Shown: in pieces, positions 9,555 to 19,175 of the stretch
Numbering within the stretch: the first letter of the stretch is position 1
How the letters are laid out: every line of letters begins with the position of its first letter
IMG/VR virus record: IMGVR_UViG_3300028416_000004
Span: 168,515-232,514 of that record
Length of the DNA stretch: 64,000 bases
Reading direction: 5' to 3' (one strand)
Program-made: the position numbers and the translations under genes
The notes under the pieces: generated by a model
Database searches by the model: none
The model's input: only the letters and a program-made list of their open reading frames with translations
What the model was told of the DNA's origin: nothing

Positions 9555-11882
9555 ATGAAAGATAAAATAAAAATATTATTAGGTGAAAAAGATGTTTTTC
9601 CTCAAGTAAATAAAGATGTTTATATAAATTTAGAAATTTATAATTCACCTAATGAAATTAAAAAAGAGTTAGTTAATAATGACTTTAATGTAAGAGAACA
9701 ATTTAACAAAGAAAGAAGAGAATCTTTGAGATTTTGTATATATGGAACCTTAAATTCAATCTTTTCTGATACCAACAATTTATCGATAGAAATAAAAACT
9801 AATCATGAAGATTTGTTGTTTAGCCCAAGAATAGAACCTAATGCTAAATCTTCTGTTACACATAAAGTGTTATCAGCACCTTTATCAAAAAATAATAATT
9901 TATCTAAAAATATATTTAAAAAAAATAAAAGTTGTTTTAATTTTTTGTTTGAAATTAGCCCTGATATAAATAATTATGGAGAAACTAAAGTTTTAGAAGT
10001 TAAAATTATTGATGAGGAAAAAAATATTTTTGCCAATTTTGAGATACCATTTTTATTTTTCGATTCTGAAGGTAATTTTATTGATTTTGGTACAGAAACA
10101 GTTGATATAGATATAGACGGTAATGAACAAGTTGTAGAAAATGATTTTCCTTTTTTTTATGGAACTCATTGGATAAAACAAGAATTTAGTCTATCTAAAC
10201 CCCTCAAAATATCCCTAGTTAAATCTGAATTTGATAATTTAAATAATTTAACTGTAAACGAAAGAACGGGTGAAGTAAAGTTTTATGCTAAATTAGAAAC
10301 GCCTAGTTTATATGGGGTTGAAGAGGCTGAAATTTATATAGAAAGAGATGAGACTTTAAAAGACCCAAATGAAGATTTTGTTTTTGAAAATCAAATTTTA
10401 AAATGGGAAAAAGGAGAACAATTTAAAGAAGTTAATCTACAAGTTTTAGATGATTTATTTACGGAGGAAGATGAAAGAATTATTTTTGGTATTAAAAATC
10501 TAAAATATTCAGAAAAAGATATTAATTCTAATTTTGAATTAATCATAAAAAATGATGATTTACCATCTCCTATAGGGTTTGAAAGTAAGCAATTTGAAAT
10601 TACTTCTGGAGATAAATTGAATATATCATTAGAAGCAGACACTCCAATAAAAGGTATTAATCAAACTATAGATTTAATTTTAGATGATGTTAATAGTACA
10701 ATAATAATAGGAGAGGACATAGAGAATACTGGTACTATTGAAGACCCAGAATTTAGAAAGACCATACTTTTAAAAGAAGGTTTAGATTTATTTGAAATAG
10801 AAATAGATATAAAAGAATATTTTAATTATGGATTAGATAAAAAAGCTATTTTTAAATTAGAAAATCCTACTCAAAATATTAAAGTAAAAGATAATTTAAA
10901 ACAACTTAATTTAACTGTAAAAGATAAATCAGTAAAAAGATATACTACATACAAAATAGATAATGACCCTTTAAGAGGTCAAGGTATATTTAGATTGTCA
11001 TACCCTAGTCCTAAATTAGTGGGGGCTCCAATATCTTTTGCTAATACGAATCTGTATTCTCAATATAATGTAACTAACAACTTTACTTATAAAATTAATA
11101 TTATAAACGAAGGAGAAATTGTTTTATATGATAATAAATTAATTAATCCTGGGGAGGTTGTTACAAGTATAAGTTCAAGTGATGGATTTCAAAACTTTGA
11201 GTTTACATTACCTTCTAATTATTCTTTTGATAAACAAAATGTTTTTTATGAAAAATCAAAATATAAGTTTGTAATAACAGATATAGAAGATTCTTCTAAA
11301 ATACAAGTTATAAAAAATGATTACATAACTTTCGCAGATGTTAATATAGATTCTCAAGCATTAGATTCTTCACTTGATTTTTCTGGTAAAACTTATTATT
11401 TAACTTCAGAAATTTTAAAAATAAAAACTAGATTAGATTTAAATGGTGATTTAAAAAGTGAAAAGGCAATTTATGATATAATCAATAACGCTAAGATTAA
11501 CACAAGTGATAATTTAACTGTAATTAAGCAAAAATTAAGAGATGCAGGTTATTATAAAAAAAATACGTTTACATTTTTGAATAATAAATTTGATGAAAAT
11601 AAAATAACTTCCACAGCAAATAGTATATTGAATTTTATTAGTAAATATCCAACCTTTGAAATACCTAACTTTTTTACTCCTTCAGATGAAATTAGTAGTT
11701 TCTCTATAGATTGCAAAATAAATGGTTTATTAATATTAAGTAAATTATTTAGCAAAACATCAGCAGTTACTAAAGTTAATAATATTAAATTTGAAGAAAA
11801 TCCTATAAAATATACTTATTTTAAAGAAGTAGATGGTAGTAATTATACATTAATGCCAGTAGAACCATTAAATAATTATTAG
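9555..11882 (+). CDS. Virion structural protein with Calx-beta-like domain
   Basis: EDFVFENQILKWEKGEQFKEVNLQVLDDLFTEEDERIIFGIKN matches the Calx-beta pattern. Confidence 0.6.
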   Translation: MKDKIKILLGEKDVFPQVNKDVYINLEIYNSPNEIKKELVNNDFNVREQFNKERRESLRFCIYGTLNSIFSDTNNLSIEIKTNHEDLLFSPRIEPNAKSSVTHKVLSAPLSKNNNLSKNIFKKNKSCFNFLFEISPDINNYGETKVLEVKIIDEEKNIFANFEIPFLFFDSEGNFIDFGTETVDIDIDGNEQVVENDFPFFYGTHWIKQEFSLSKPLKISLVKSEFDNLNNLTVNERTGEVKFYAKLETPSLYGVEEAEIYIERDETLKDPNEDFVFENQILKWEKGEQFKEVNLQVLDDLFTEEDERIIFGIKNLKYSEKDINSNFELIIKNDDLPSPIGFESKQFEITSGDKLNISLEADTPIKGINQTIDLILDDVNSTIIIGEDIENTGTIEDPEFRKTILLKEGLDLFEIEIDIKEYFNYGLDKKAIFKLENPTQNIKVKDNLKQLNLTVKDKSVKRYTTYKIDNDPLRGQGIFRLSYPSPKLVGAPISFANTNLYSQYNVTNNFTYKINIINEGEIVLYDNKLINPGEVVTSISSSDGFQNFEFTLPSNYSFDKQNVFYEKSKYKFVITDIEDSSKIQVIKNDYITFADVNIDSQALDSSLDFSGKTYYLTSEILKIKTRLDLNGDLKSEKAIYDIINNAKINTSDNLTVIKQKLRDAGYYKKNTFTFLNNKFDENKITSTANSILNFISKYPTFEIPNFFTPSDEISSFSIDCKINGLLILSKLFSKTSAVTKVNNIKFEENPIKYTYFKEVDGSNYTLMPVEPLNNY

Positions 11883-11900
11883 TGAGATATATTTATATAT

Positions 11901-12221
11901 ATGAAAGAGACTTATCAATATAAAATAAGATTAAATGTCACTCCTTTTGGGGGAATAAAAACTAGTACTGGTTTAATTTCAGATGCTTATGATAAAGACT
12001 TTTATATAAATATCCCAGTATACAAGACACATAATTTAGAGGGATATGTAAATGTTGACATTGACCCGTCAAGAGCTACTATGGAAAGACAATTTATAAA
12101 TCCTTTTTTTATAGAATTAGGTTTTTTTGAAAATGTAGAATCAGTATTGAGTTCAAATACAAGTTCCGACAATTCCATACAAATTAAAGCTCAAAATTAC
12201 GGAATAGATATTAATAAATAA
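11901..12221 (+). CDS. Hypothetical protein (structural operon)
   Basis: 106-aa ORF with TATTTATA at 11890-11897. Confidence 0.6.
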   Translation: MKETYQYKIRLNVTPFGGIKTSTGLISDAYDKDFYINIPVYKTHNLEGYVNVDIDPSRATMERQFINPFFIELGFFENVESVLSSNTSSDNSIQIKAQNYGIDINK

Positions 12222-12223
12222 AA

Positions 12224-13054
12224 ATGTTAAAGTATAAAATAGTAATAAAACCAGTAAATCTATCAGATGCTACAATAGAAAATAACTTTAGCGTTACAAA
12301 TGGTTATTTAGTTTATGATAATTCTAAAGTTGAACAAGGAGTTTTGGTTGATGAGTTTAATGTTCAACAATTTTTAGAAGACCCCAACAATTCTGTTGTT
12401 GTCGAAAAATTCAAAAAATACCTTAGAGAATATACTAATGAATTAGAATTTAATGAAATATTTTATAAACCAAAAAAAGTAGCTCCAATACTTAATGATT
12501 TTTATAATGAAGAAATTAGATTTAACTCTGAAGCAAATCCAGCATTAATAACTGATGCAATAAAAGATACAGAGGTTATATATTATCAAAATAATAATTA
12601 CGACTTTTTAAGTAATCAAAGAATGTCTTTTGAAAATAAATCTTTATTATTTGAGTCTTTAAGTGCTAATACAGAATATAAAGATTACTATATTGATTTT
12701 AAAGTTGATTTAAATAAAAGCCTTATAGGCAATAATGATTATTCAAATTATATCAAAGATTATAAGGAAGATGATATTGTCTATAAAAATTCTTTTGTAA
12801 ATTTAAATGATAAAGTTAATCCATTTGAGTTTTGGACAAATGAAAAAAATACAAAAAAATGGATTACAAGTCCAGAAAATACTGAAGAAATAAGAGTTCA
12901 AGATTTTGAAAATATAGCTTTAAAATTCGAACAACAAGCAGAAGCTGTAAAAGACAAGAATAGCATCGAATTTGCAACTCTAAATAACAAAGCAATACAA
13001 GCTAGAAAAGTTGCTGATTTAGAAAGAGCTAAATTGAATAGAAAAACAAATTAA
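12224..13054 (+). CDS. Hypothetical protein (structural operon)
   Basis: 276-aa ORF starting 2 nt after the previous stop. Confidence 0.65.
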   Translation: MLKYKIVIKPVNLSDATIENNFSVTNGYLVYDNSKVEQGVLVDEFNVQQFLEDPNNSVVVEKFKKYLREYTNELEFNEIFYKPKKVAPILNDFYNEEIRFNSEANPALITDAIKDTEVIYYQNNNYDFLSNQRMSFENKSLLFESLSANTEYKDYYIDFKVDLNKSLIGNNDYSNYIKDYKEDDIVYKNSFVNLNDKVNPFEFWTNEKNTKKWITSPENTEEIRVQDFENIALKFEQQAEAVKDKNSIEFATLNNKAIQARKVADLERAKLNRKTN

Positions 13055-13114
13055 CAATTTAATAAAACTTTAAAAATATTTTTAATTTATTATATTTATA
13101 TTAAACGATAATTT

Positions 13115-13993
13115 ATGAGTGTAGGTATATACGGTACGAAAAAGTTGGCAGACATAACATCAGATGATGTAGATGTTTTATATGCATATAGTCCTAGTAG
13201 AGAAGATTTAGGAGAAGTTACTTTTAAACCTTTATATAATGCTATTAATGAAAGTGATTTACTTAAAATGATTGGAGTTGATGGTATGTATAAGTTAAGA
13301 TTGCCTGCCGATATTTTTAATAAAATAGGTTTTTACTCCTTAATGATAAAACCTAAAACTTTTCAAGTTACAATAAGAGATTGTTCATATGTAGTTACAG
13401 AAGATGAGACTGGTGTGCAATTATCCAAAAAAGGTGTAGTTATACCTGCGGCACAATTTAGAAAAACTAATGGACTAGTTGGTTGGTCTGTTGAATATAT
13501 AGGTGCTGATGGGAGAAAGATAAAAAATTTAAATAGAATAATAACAAGTAGCGATTTAGTAAGTCCTTCTGTAAATACAACAACTGTTAATAGGGGTGCT
13601 ACAACTTATAATTTAGATAGCACTGGAAGTAATTTATTTTTAACCTTAACGCCTGATGAAGGAAGTATAGTTTCTGGGGGTGGTGCAGCTAATTTAGGAG
13701 ATGCTGGACAGGTTATTTTATTGTCTAACACTTATTTTGACCCTATTTCAATAGAAGTTGAAATGGTAGAACATGATGTTCAAACTTTATCTTATGCTCT
13801 TTATGGTAATACCACTAGAGATAATGAAACTGGTACATTAACATATTATGATGAAAATAATAATATTTATAGACAATATAATTTATTTACACAGAAAAAA
13901 CAGTTCTCTCAAGGTAGTATAGATATTCGTCAAATAAGAGACAATATAAATTTCAATCAAGATTTTCAAACAATAACTCAAGGTTTAAAATAA
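13115..13993 (+). CDS. Hypothetical protein, probably structural
   Basis: 292-aa beta-rich ORF with TATTTATA at 13093-13100. Confidence 0.65.
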   Translation: MSVGIYGTKKLADITSDDVDVLYAYSPSREDLGEVTFKPLYNAINESDLLKMIGVDGMYKLRLPADIFNKIGFYSLMIKPKTFQVTIRDCSYVVTEDETGVQLSKKGVVIPAAQFRKTNGLVGWSVEYIGADGRKIKNLNRIITSSDLVSPSVNTTTVNRGATTYNLDSTGSNLFLTLTPDEGSIVSGGGAANLGDAGQVILLSNTYFDPISIEVEMVEHDVQTLSYALYGNTTRDNETGTLTYYDENNNIYRQYNLFTQKKQFSQGSIDIRQIRDNINFNQDFQTITQGLK

Positions 13994-14037
13994 AATATTT
14001 TTTTTCTTTTTAAGAATATATTTTAATATTTATATAT

Positions 14038-14673
14038 ATGAAAAAGAAAGTTAAAAAGTTAGAATTAAAAAAATTGATTCAAGAGTATAATTATTTGTTG
14101 ACAGATGAAACTTATAAACAAGAAGTTGTTTCTGAAACTAAATCTGATTTCCTTAAAGAAGTTCATAATAAAAGAGTTGATTTAGGTTTAATAAAAGATG
14201 AACCGTACACTCCAGAAAATGATAACAATAACAATAAAAAGGAAGAAGGAAGTAAAGGTGAAGAAGGGAATGAAGCAGAAGATAATAAACAAAACTCTAA
14301 TAGTGAAGACGAAATAACAAATGATTCAAACAAAAAAGAAAAATCACCTAAAGTTAAAAAAATATACAGAGAAATTGTAAAAAAAACCCACCCAGACAAA
14401 GACAAAACAGAAAAGTATATAGATTTATATAAAGAAGCAACTTCTGCATATGAAAAAAACGATATAGTAGCCCTAATATTTATTTGTTCTAAATTAGATA
14501 TTGAAATTGATTTAGAAGAAGATGATATAGGAAGTATAACTTTAGCAATTAAAGAAAAGAAAAAAGAACTACAAAATATAGAAATGTCTTATTTGTGGTT
14601 ATGGTATAATTCTAAAACACAAGAACAAAGAGATAAAGTGGTAGAATTGTTTATAAGTAAAAATGTCAAATAA
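14038..14673 (+). CDS. J-domain (DnaJ-like co-chaperone) protein
   Basis: KVKKIYREIVKKTHPDK...LYKEATSAYEK is helix II, the HPD loop and helix III of a J-domain. Confidence 0.8.
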   Translation: MKKKVKKLELKKLIQEYNYLLTDETYKQEVVSETKSDFLKEVHNKRVDLGLIKDEPYTPENDNNNNKKEEGSKGEEGNEAEDNKQNSNSEDEITNDSNKKEKSPKVKKIYREIVKKTHPDKDKTEKYIDLYKEATSAYEKNDIVALIFICSKLDIEIDLEEDDIGSITLAIKEKKKELQNIEMSYLWLWYNSKTQEQRDKVVELFISKNVK

Positions 14674-14730
14674 AAAATTGCATCATACTTTATTATAAAT
14701 AAATCATAATATTTATAATAAAAAATTATT

Positions 14731-15468
14731 ATGGCTTTATTAAATTTTATTATGGTGGTATTACCACCTGTTGTTTATAGTGGAATAATCTATTTAACAT
14801 CACCATACAAATCTATCAGCTTGACTAAATCATTACAATATCTAATTGGAGGTATTTTATCTATACCTTTAGTGATGTTATTTAATTTACTATTACCTTA
14901 TAAATCAGACTTATTAACCAGTCCATTTGTTTTCTGCTTTTTCGAAGTTGCACCACATGAAGAAATATCTAAATTATTAGTTTATTTTATTATATATAAA
15001 ATAATGGATAAACAAAAATCAAAACACCCAATAGGTACAATGTTTTATATGGGAATGGTTGGTCTAGGCTTTGCTATGATTGAAAATGTACAATACTTAT
15101 GTAGGTTTGGCGAAAAAATATTATTTATAAGAAACTTTACATCAACATTTGCTCATATGATATTCGGTATGTTTACAGGTTATTGGATATCTTTAAGTAA
15201 AATTAAAATAAATAAATATAGCACTAGGTCTGTATTTGATATTGTTATGTCTAGTAAACAAAAAATTAGGTTTTTTGTGTATGTGATGATTGGTTTAATG
15301 TGTGGTATTGGTTATCATGGGTTATGGAATTATAATTTAACTGTTTCAGGCAAATCAGCACCATCAATAATGATTTTAATGTTGTTTATAGGTTTAATTA
15401 GTTCAAAGTTTGCTTCAAACAATCTTAGAAACAAAAAAAATATAAATCAAGAAAATGAATATAATTAA
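14731..15468 (+). CDS. prsW: PrsW-family intramembrane glutamic/metalloprotease
   Basis: Multiple transmembrane segments and all family motifs: EEISK, GLGFAMIEN, AHMIF and YHGLWN. Confidence 0.9.
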   Translation: MALLNFIMVVLPPVVYSGIIYLTSPYKSISLTKSLQYLIGGILSIPLVMLFNLLLPYKSDLLTSPFVFCFFEVAPHEEISKLLVYFIIYKIMDKQKSKHPIGTMFYMGMVGLGFAMIENVQYLCRFGEKILFIRNFTSTFAHMIFGMFTGYWISLSKIKINKYSTRSVFDIVMSSKQKIRFFVYVMIGLMCGIGYHGLWNYNLTVSGKSAPSIMILMLFIGLISSKFASNNLRNKKNINQENEYN

Positions 15469-15494
15469 ATAACTATAAAGCCAAAAAATAAATT

Positions 15495-16055
15495 ATGGAA
15501 AATTTAGAACAAATTTTAAATGAAATATATAACCAAACACCATATTTAGAGTATCAAAATAAAACAGAATTTAAAAAAGAATACCCAGCAACATATGGTG
15601 AAGTAACAAAACAATCCACAAATGCTATTGTAAACCAATTCAAAAAACACTTCAATCAAGATACAATATTTTATGACTTAGGTTGTGGGTTAGGAAAAAT
15701 GGTAATACATGTTGCTTTACAATATAACCCTAAAAAATCTTGTGGTATTGAGTTATCAAAAGAAAGAATAAAGGGAGCAAATGATTTAAAAGAAAAACAT
15801 TGTAAAGACAATAAAATTATTTCTTTTATTGAGGGTGATTTCTTTGATAATAATTTTAGTGATGCTACCGTTATTTATGTAGATAACACCGCTATGTCAC
15901 ATGATATTACAAAAAAGATTATTGATAACTTATCGAAAGGTTGTTTATTTATTTGTAGAAAAAAACCACATTTTATTGAAACTGAGGAACTTAGTGCAGA
16001 TAGATTTAAAACTGGGTATAAAAAACCAGATATACATTTTTTAATAAAAGAATAA
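15495..16055 (+). CDS. DOT1-like class I SAM-dependent methyltransferase
   Basis: YGEV, FYDLGCGLGK, CGIELS, FIEGDF and ATVIYVDN follow the DOT1 motif order. Confidence 0.75.
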   Translation: MENLEQILNEIYNQTPYLEYQNKTEFKKEYPATYGEVTKQSTNAIVNQFKKHFNQDTIFYDLGCGLGKMVIHVALQYNPKKSCGIELSKERIKGANDLKEKHCKDNKIISFIEGDFFDNNFSDATVIYVDNTAMSHDITKKIIDNLSKGCLFICRKKPHFIETEELSADRFKTGYKKPDIHFLIKE

Positions 16056-16061
16056 AAAAAT

Positions 16062-16907
16062 ATGAAAGATTTAATAAAACTTTATGAAAACTTTTGTTTT
16101 TTAAAGGAAATCCCTTTTAAATTAGATGATAGTGTTAATAGTTATGATGACACAACTCTTTTTTGTCCAGCTGGTATGCAACAATTTAAAGACAAATTTA
16201 AAAATCCTGATAACACCACAATAGCAAATATACAATCTTGTATTAGGTTAAATGATTTAGAAGAAATCGGTGATGGTACCCATATGTTACACTTTAGAAT
16301 GATTGGTTTGTTTTCTTTCGGTAAAATGACACTTAATGAGGCTGTTGATTTTTGGGTGGATTTTATTAAAGACTTCTTAGGTATAAAGATTGATTATGTT
16401 ACTATTCACCCAGATAAATTTGATACTTGGAAATGGTTATATGAACGTCATAAAATACCAATTAAATTAGATAGTGAATGTATTTGGTCAGATGGTGAAA
16501 TGGGTGGTTATTGCACCGAGTTTTATCATGATGATGTTGAAATTGGTAATATCGTAAATACAATGGATAAGTTTATTGATGTTGGTTTTGGATTCTCTAG
16601 AATTAATGATATTATTAATGGTAAGAACGAATTAACAAAAAATGATATATTGAGTGATGCTATCAATAAGATTATTGAAGCTGGTTTTAAACCTGGTCCA
16701 CAAAAACAAGGATACGTGCTTAGGAGACTTTTAAGGCAACTTTATAAGGGTGGTGGTAGTATTGAACATCCATTCTTCACAAAAGAGGTTGAGAGACAAG
16801 AAAAGGCTAAAGTAAGATATGAAAGGCTTAAAATTAAACATCGTGACAAACCAAAAGAATGGTGGTTTGATACACATGGAATTGATTTAGATGAAATGGA
16901 GGATTAA
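16062..16907 (+). CDS. Truncated alanyl-tRNA synthetase-like protein (catalytic core only)
   Basis: TLFCPAGMQQFK, QSCIR.NDLEEIG, FRMIGLFSFG, EIGNIV, IDVGFGFSRI and GYVLRRLLR match the AlaRS N-terminal domain; only 281 aa, with no editing or C-Ala domain. Confidence 0.85.
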   Translation: MKDLIKLYENFCFLKEIPFKLDDSVNSYDDTTLFCPAGMQQFKDKFKNPDNTTIANIQSCIRLNDLEEIGDGTHMLHFRMIGLFSFGKMTLNEAVDFWVDFIKDFLGIKIDYVTIHPDKFDTWKWLYERHKIPIKLDSECIWSDGEMGGYCTEFYHDDVEIGNIVNTMDKFIDVGFGFSRINDIINGKNELTKNDILSDAINKIIEAGFKPGPQKQGYVLRRLLRQLYKGGGSIEHPFFTKEVERQEKAKVRYERLKIKHRDKPKEWWFDTHGIDLDEMED

Positions 16908-16925
16908 AAACCCTCCATTTTTTTT
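16894..16925 (+). terminator. Intrinsic terminator between convergent genes
   Basis: AAATGGAGG (16894-16902) pairs with CCTCCATTT (16912-16920), followed by a T-run. Confidence 0.75.
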
Positions 16926-16926
16926 A

Positions 16927-18147
16927 TTATAACAAATTAAAATAGTTGTTTGTAGTAGGGTCGTATTTTAATTCAGAACTATTTCCACCATTAAATAAAT
17001 TATGGATTAATTTATCGTATGTTTTTGATATTAATGGGTTTGATACATGATATCTCCATAAAGATTGTTTATTACGTTCCTTATAGTATTCCAGATTTTT
17101 ATCGTGGTTTTCCAATATCCAGTTTAACATTTCACCACCTTTTCTTGAATCTGAGTTTTCATAATAATAACCTATATCTTTACACATTGGTGCGTTATGT
17201 AATACAGGATAACCCATATACGCAACATCCAAATAAAGATAGTTTAATGGGTTCATAATTTGATGAGAAACAACAATATCCAAAAACTGAGATACAACAT
17301 AAGAAGTTTGATATCTATGTTCCATTGTTACTTTTTTGTCCTTATATAAGTCCAAACTTTTAATAATTGATATGAATGGTGGATTTTTATCCAAACCACC
17401 TTTTTCGTGTTTTCCGTTTGTTATCATCAACTTATCAATCTTATTTTTACCAATTTCTGTACGATAAGATTCTTCTGCAATTAAAGTTGGTATAACAGCG
17501 GTTTTAACCATATTTAAGTTTGGTTCCATAATACCAATAACCTTCTTTTCTTTTGTTGGGTCGTATCTATGGTCTTTTTTATATTTTCCTTCTTTGCTTA
17601 ATTTATTGATTGAGTTTAGGGATGAATCCAAGAAACTATTATCCCATAAGAAAGGTACACTTATTGCGTTTGTTCTATAAAGTGTTTTAAAGTAACCACT
17701 ATTATTATAATCTTGTTGTGGCACATACCAAACTTCATCAACACCTTCATCAACAATATGTGGCTTTCCTTCTTTAAATAACATCTCTTCAATGAATAAA
17801 ACATAATTGTTACCACACTTATAATTAATAACTTTATTGGTTGGTTTTTGTTTCTTAAAATCTTTAATTGTTTCGTTTGATATTTGTGCTCCCATGGATA
17901 TAATTAAATCCATTTCTCTGTATTTATCTTTTAATAACGAAACATTAATTCCATCGAAGTGTTTTGGTGGGTTATTTAAATCAATATCCAACGTATTCAA
18001 TAAATAAATTTGATAATTCTTTTTTGATTTTTTTAATAGGTTAATCATCATAAGGATGTTTAGTTTCATCCCATTTGTCCACATTGATTCTTTTATATCG
18101 TTTAATGCTATGGTAATACCTATTTTTATATTTTCTGTATCCATCAT
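16927..18147 (-). CDS. DUF2827-like putative glycosyltransferase-fold protein
   Basis: IGITI...WTNGMKLN, IGIMEPNLNMVKT and NPLNYLYLDVAYMGYPVLHNAPMCKDIGYYYE match DUF2827 as recalled (no search run). Confidence 0.7.
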   Translation of the reverse strand: MMDTENIKIGITIALNDIKESMWTNGMKLNILMMINLLKKSKKNYQIYLLNTLDIDLNNPPKHFDGINVSLLKDKYREMDLIISMGAQISNETIKDFKKQKPTNKVINYKCGNNYVLFIEEMLFKEGKPHIVDEGVDEVWYVPQQDYNNSGYFKTLYRTNAISVPFLWDNSFLDSSLNSINKLSKEGKYKKDHRYDPTKEKKVIGIMEPNLNMVKTAVIPTLIAEESYRTEIGKNKIDKLMITNGKHEKGGLDKNPPFISIIKSLDLYKDKKVTMEHRYQTSYVVSQFLDIVVSHQIMNPLNYLYLDVAYMGYPVLHNAPMCKDIGYYYENSDSRKGGEMLNWILENHDKNLEYYKERNKQSLWRYHVSNPLISKTYDKLIHNLFNGGNSSELKYDPTTNNYFNLL

Positions 18148-18380
18148 ACTATTCTTGGTTTTTTTGTGTTTTTATAGATATCAGAGTTAAATTTCTTCAA
18201 GTCATCTAATGAAATATTTAGTTTTTTTCTCCACTTTGTTATAACGTGTTCGTAACCATTATTATATAACTCACATTCTTCTAAAACTGGGTTATCAACA
18301 CCTACTTCATCTATATCATAAGATGGGTCCGAAATTAAATATAAATCTCTTGTTATCTTATAATAAATATCTTTTTCCAT
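18144..18380 (-). CDS. Small hypothetical protein
   Basis: 78-aa ORF whose stop overlaps the DUF2827 start by 4 nt. Confidence 0.6.
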   Translation of the reverse strand: MEKDIYYKITRDLYLISDPSYDIDEVGVDNPVLEECELYNNGYEHVITKWRKKLNISLDDLKKFNSDIYKNTKKPRIV

Positions 18381-18418
18381 AACTTTTAAACCTTTAAAAA
18401 TAAATATAAGGGAATAAA

Positions 18419-18446
18419 AAAAGGTCTAAATAATTTTAGACCTTTT
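18419..18446 (-). terminator. Intrinsic terminator closing the adhesin cassette array
   Basis: AAAGGTCTAAA-TAAT-TTTAGACCTTT hairpin with an A-run on the + strand (U-tract on the minus transcript), just after the 18466 stop. Confidence 0.75.
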
Positions 18447-18465
18447 ATATTGTTTTTTTTATTTA

Positions 18466-19152
18466 TTATAATCCAAATCTTCCTTTGGTTGTGTTATAAT
18501 TTTGTAATACTTCACTATCTGTTAACGCTCTATTGTAAATTAAAGTATTACCAATTTTTTTATCACTAGCAACATAACTACCACCTGGATAACTATTAAT
18601 AGATATACCTTGTGTTGTTTGTGCTTGACTACTAGAATTAGAAGACCCAAACAAAACTCCATTATGATATAGTGATACTGTAGATGTACCATTATAAGTA
18701 CCAACTATATTGTGCCAATTACCATCTTCTAAATCTGTTTTTAATATTTTAGGGGTTGCAGTACCATAAAAAAACTGTATACCACTATTCTCATAAAACC
18801 AGTATGTTCTAGAGTTAATACCTAAACCCTTACTTAATAAAACTTTATTATTAGATAATAAATTGAATTTAACCCACATAGAAACTGAAACAGAGATGGT
18901 ATTTAAAGAATCTGAATTTGATATTGAAACATAATCATTCACACCATCAAATGACACAATTCCTCCATTATCAGTTAAGTATGTTACACCATTGGTTAAT
19001 GTACCATCATTATTATTTGATGTTAAATCATTCCAAATAGTACCTGTACCTGGATATGATAATGTATTTCCTGCATCTAAATGTAACACTAACCCATCTG
19101 TTATTATATTTGATGTTTGTCTTGGTCTCACCCCTACTCTTGTTTGTGCCAT
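18466..19152 (-). CDS. LamG/concanavalin A-like lectin-domain protein (putative receptor-binding or decoration protein)
   Basis: GLVLHLDAG...SYPGTGTIWNDL, FDGVNDYV, SVSMWVK, WHNIVGTY and IYNRALTDSEV. Confidence 0.85.
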   Translation of the reverse strand: MAQTRVGVRPRQTSNIITDGLVLHLDAGNTLSYPGTGTIWNDLTSNNNDGTLTNGVTYLTDNGGIVSFDGVNDYVSISNSDSLNTISVSVSMWVKFNLLSNNKVLLSKGLGINSRTYWFYENSGIQFFYGTATPKILKTDLEDGNWHNIVGTYNGTSTVSLYHNGVLFGSSNSSSQAQTTQGISINSYPGGSYVASDKKIGNTLIYNRALTDSEVLQNYNTTKGRFGL

Positions 19153-19175
19153 AATATTTTGTTTTTTAATTTATA

